Shown here piece after piece: positions 23,810 through 25,367 of a stretch of DNA of 25,367 nt. The notes below the pieces were generated by a model that was given only the letters and a program-made list of their open reading frames with translations, did no database searches and had not been told where the DNA came from. Position 1 is the stretch's first letter; each line of letters begins with the position of its first letter. Source of the DNA: a virus (taxonomy: Duplodnaviria; Heunggongvirae; Uroviricota; Caudoviricetes); IMG/VR virus record IMGVR_UViG_3300049219_000004, one strand, 5' to 3'. The position numbers and the translations under genes were made by a program.

Positions 23810-23908
23810 GTTATTCGTGCGGGGATAAGCCCCTTGTGTCGCAGGTTCGAATCCTGCATCTGGCTCACGGGCCGGATTAGCTCAGTCGGTAGAGCAGCGG
23901 AGCAATAC
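23810..23908 (+). ncRNA. Circularly permuted tRNA mimic (T-arm, closed acceptor stem, D-arm), YrlA/Y-RNA-like
   Basis: GCAGG-TTCGAAT-CCTGC, then ATCTGGC-TCACGG-GCCGGAT, then TA-GCTC-AGTCGGTA-GAGC-A-GCGGA; GCGGA can pair with upstream TTCGT. Confidence 0.75.
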
Positions 23909-23911
23909 AAT

Positions 23912-23995
23912 GCACGAGTGGCGGAATGGCATACGCAGCAGGTTCAAACCCTGTGGCCTTCGGGATTGAGAGTTCAAGTCTCTCCTTGTGTACCA
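23912..23995 (+). tRNA. tRNA-Leu(CAA)
   Basis: GCAGG-TT-CAA-AC-CCTGT; variable arm; ACCA. Confidence 0.9.
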
Positions 23996-24003
23996 AGAAA
24001 TAT

Positions 24004-24091
24004 GCGCGTAATGCCGAAGTGGGTAGGCAGTAGACTTTTAATCTACCGAGACGCAAGTCCAGAGTTGGTTCGATTCCAACTGCGCGTACCA
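24004..24091 (+). tRNA. tRNA with Lys anticodon (UUU) and a 17-nt class-II-like variable arm
   Basis: GTAGA-CT-TTT-AA-TCTAC; GAC-GCAA-GTC arm; ACCA. Confidence 0.88.
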
Positions 24092-24105
24092 AAGTGTTTT
24101 ACGGA

Positions 24106-24178
24106 GTGGCGTTATCTTAGCGAGTAGAGAACTCGACTGTGAATCGGGTAAGCATGGGTGCAAATCCCATACGTCACC
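24106..24178 (+). tRNA. tRNA-His(GUG), CCA not encoded
   Basis: CT-GTG-AA; GTGGCGT/ACGTCAC-C. Confidence 0.85.
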
Positions 24179-24193
24179 CCTTAGAATATTTAT

Positions 24194-24269
24194 GCACTGG
24201 TAACTCAGCAGGTAGAGTGCCGGACTGAAAATCCGGTGGTCGCTGGTTCGATTCCAGCCCTTTGCACCA
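24194..24269 (+). tRNA. tRNA-Phe(GAA)
   Basis: CCGGA-CT-GAA-AA-TCCGG; ACCA. Confidence 0.92.
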
Positions 24270-24275
24270 GACAAT

Positions 24276-24362
24276 GTAGTGAACGCCTCGTAGGAAGGGC
24301 ACCGGGCTGTAACCCCGTGGTCGGCTAGTTCCGTCTAGGTTCGAATCCTAGTCACTGCACCA
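24276..24362 (+). tRNA. tRNA-Tyr(GUA)
   Basis: CT-GTA-AC; long variable arm; ACCA. Confidence 0.9.
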
Positions 24363-24370
24363 TATACAAT

Positions 24371-24448
24371 ATAGCTATCGTCTAACCGGACTAGGACGCC
24401 TCGGCTTTCACCCTTGGAATGCGGATTCGAATTCCGCTAGCTATACCA
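24371..24448 (+). tRNA. tRNA-Glu(UUC)
   Basis: CT-TTC-AC; ATAGCTA/TAGCTAT-A-CCA; weak anticodon stem. Confidence 0.85.
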
Positions 24449-24509
24449 GACTTAAAAGACGCATTGGTTAATTCTCTTGCGCGTACGTGTGAATCGTACT
24501 TAAAACAAT

Positions 24510-24584
24510 GGTGAGTTAATTCAGCGGTAGAAAGCCATCCTTACAAGGTGGTAGTCGTAGGTTCAAATCCTACACTCACTACCA
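24510..24584 (+). tRNA. tRNA-Val(UAC)
   Basis: CCATC-CT-TAC-AA-GGTGG; ACCA. Confidence 0.92.
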
Positions 24585-24702
24585 GAACGTAACTGCAACG
24601 TGCGCGTATGCAGTATAGTAGCCTCTCTGGCCCGTGGTACAGGTCAGCTTTACAGAATCCGTTTAGCCGGTTGAAGAATTCATAAAGTACCGCGAACAAT
24701 AT

Positions 24703-24782
24703 GGGGATTGGGTCTGCATGGAGTGGACACGTGCTTTGCAAGCATGCTAATCAGGTCGGTTCGATTCCGACATTCTCCACCA
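24703..24782 (+). tRNA. tRNA-Ala(UGC)
   Basis: TT-TGC-AA; G3:U70; ACCA. Confidence 0.92.
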
Positions 24783-24787
24783 GAACA

Positions 24788-24861
24788 CACGATATGGCCG
24801 AGTGGCTAGGCACCTGTCTGCAAAACTTGTTAGGCCGGTTAAAATCCGGTTATCGTGTCCA
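24788..24861 (+). tRNA. tRNA-Cys(GCA)
   Basis: CT-GCA-AA; U73; CCA; atypical T-loop TTAAAAT and weak anticodon stem. Confidence 0.82.
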
Positions 24862-24897
24862 AATTTAATCTTATGTCCACGTAACGTGGACAACAAT

Positions 24898-24974
24898 ACG
24901 TCTTTAGTACAACTGGATAGTACGCCGGATTACGACTCCGGGAATGGTGGGTTCAAGTCCTCCGAGACGTGCCA
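24898..24974 (+). tRNA. tRNA-Arg(ACG)
   Basis: CCGGA-TT-ACG-AC-TCCGG; GCCA. Confidence 0.9.
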
Positions 24975-24980
24975 AATATT

Positions 24981-25013
24981 AAGCCCATTACCTTAGTTGG
25001 TAGTGGGCTTTTG
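24981..25013 (+). terminator. Rho-independent terminator ending the tRNA cluster
   Basis: AAGCCCATTACC-TTAGTT-GGTAGTGGGCTTTT. Confidence 0.85.
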
Positions 25014-25071
25014 TCGTATCCGTTTACAAAAGGAGTGCTGCCTTACAGCACATCACATAAAGGAAATTAAA

Positions 25072-25367
25072 GTGAGCAAGGGAAATACATTCGAAAACGA
25101 TTACATGAAGCTCATCTTCAACAACGTGGCTATTCCGCTGATTGGAGACGCGTCAGGTATCCAGCCATCAGCAACAGCCGGCAATCTGTACCTAGCGTTC
25201 CATACGGCAGACCCCGGAGAAGGTGGCGATCAAACAACGAGTGAAACAGCTTATACAGGATACACACGTATGGCCGTAGCGCGCACAACAGGCGGATTCA
25301 CGGTTTCAGCTAACGCTGTTAATCTGGTAGCCAATCTAGATTTCCCAGCATGCACTGCATCTCCGGG
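25072..25367 (+). CDS. Virion structural (tail-associated) protein, truncated by the window edge
   Basis: AAGGA RBS, GTG start; MSKGNTFEND...NLYLAFHTADPGEGGDQTTSE..YTGY.R.AV.R motif of a widespread phage tail-region family. Confidence 0.8.
   Translation, partial: MSKGNTFENDYMKLIFNNVAIPLIGDASGIQPSATAGNLYLAFHTADPGEGGDQTTSETAYTGYTRMAVARTTGGFTVSANAVNLVANLDFPACTASP

Noticed and set aside
22311-24996. ORFs within the tRNA cluster
   Set aside because: Explained by tRNA and ncRNA sequence on one or other strand.

Overview
This window is a segment of a large, apparently lytic dsDNA bacteriophage of a proteobacterial-type host, judged by sigma70 promoters and AGGAG ribosome sites. No host housekeeping genes or CRISPR array are present. 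From left to right: (i) a minus-strand DNA-metabolism tail with an HNH-AP2 endonuclease, small ORFs and a T4-like ATP-dependent DNA ligase (1-3377); (ii) a plus-strand early cassette of hypothetical genes (3941-6916); (iii) a largely non-coding region with two DnaA-box clusters, iteron-like repeats and a free-standing endonuclease (6920-8600); (iv) a second, pre-early-like cassette behind a UP-element promoter and a structured boxA-containing leader, including an exported M48-type zinc peptidase and very acidic proteins (8600-13950); (v) a 1.3 kb non-coding array of covarying 13-bp palindromes with about 25-bp periodicity, plus a third DnaA-box group (14060-15280); (vi) a minus-strand operon with RtcB RNA ligase, an HD-domain (p)ppGpp-hydrolase-like protein and a serine recombinase (15450-21216); (vii) an AT-rich divergent promoter region, two ORFs and a cluster of about 17 tRNAs with several atypical RNAs (21270-25013); and (viii) the start of a virion structural gene. 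The strongest candidates for something new are the palindrome array and the RNA module. The RNA module comprises a circularly permuted YrlA-like tRNA mimic, a D-armless tRNA-like RNA, Lys and Thr tRNAs with long variable arms, and RtcB. All calls are by eye from the sequence and the ORF track; no searches were run.
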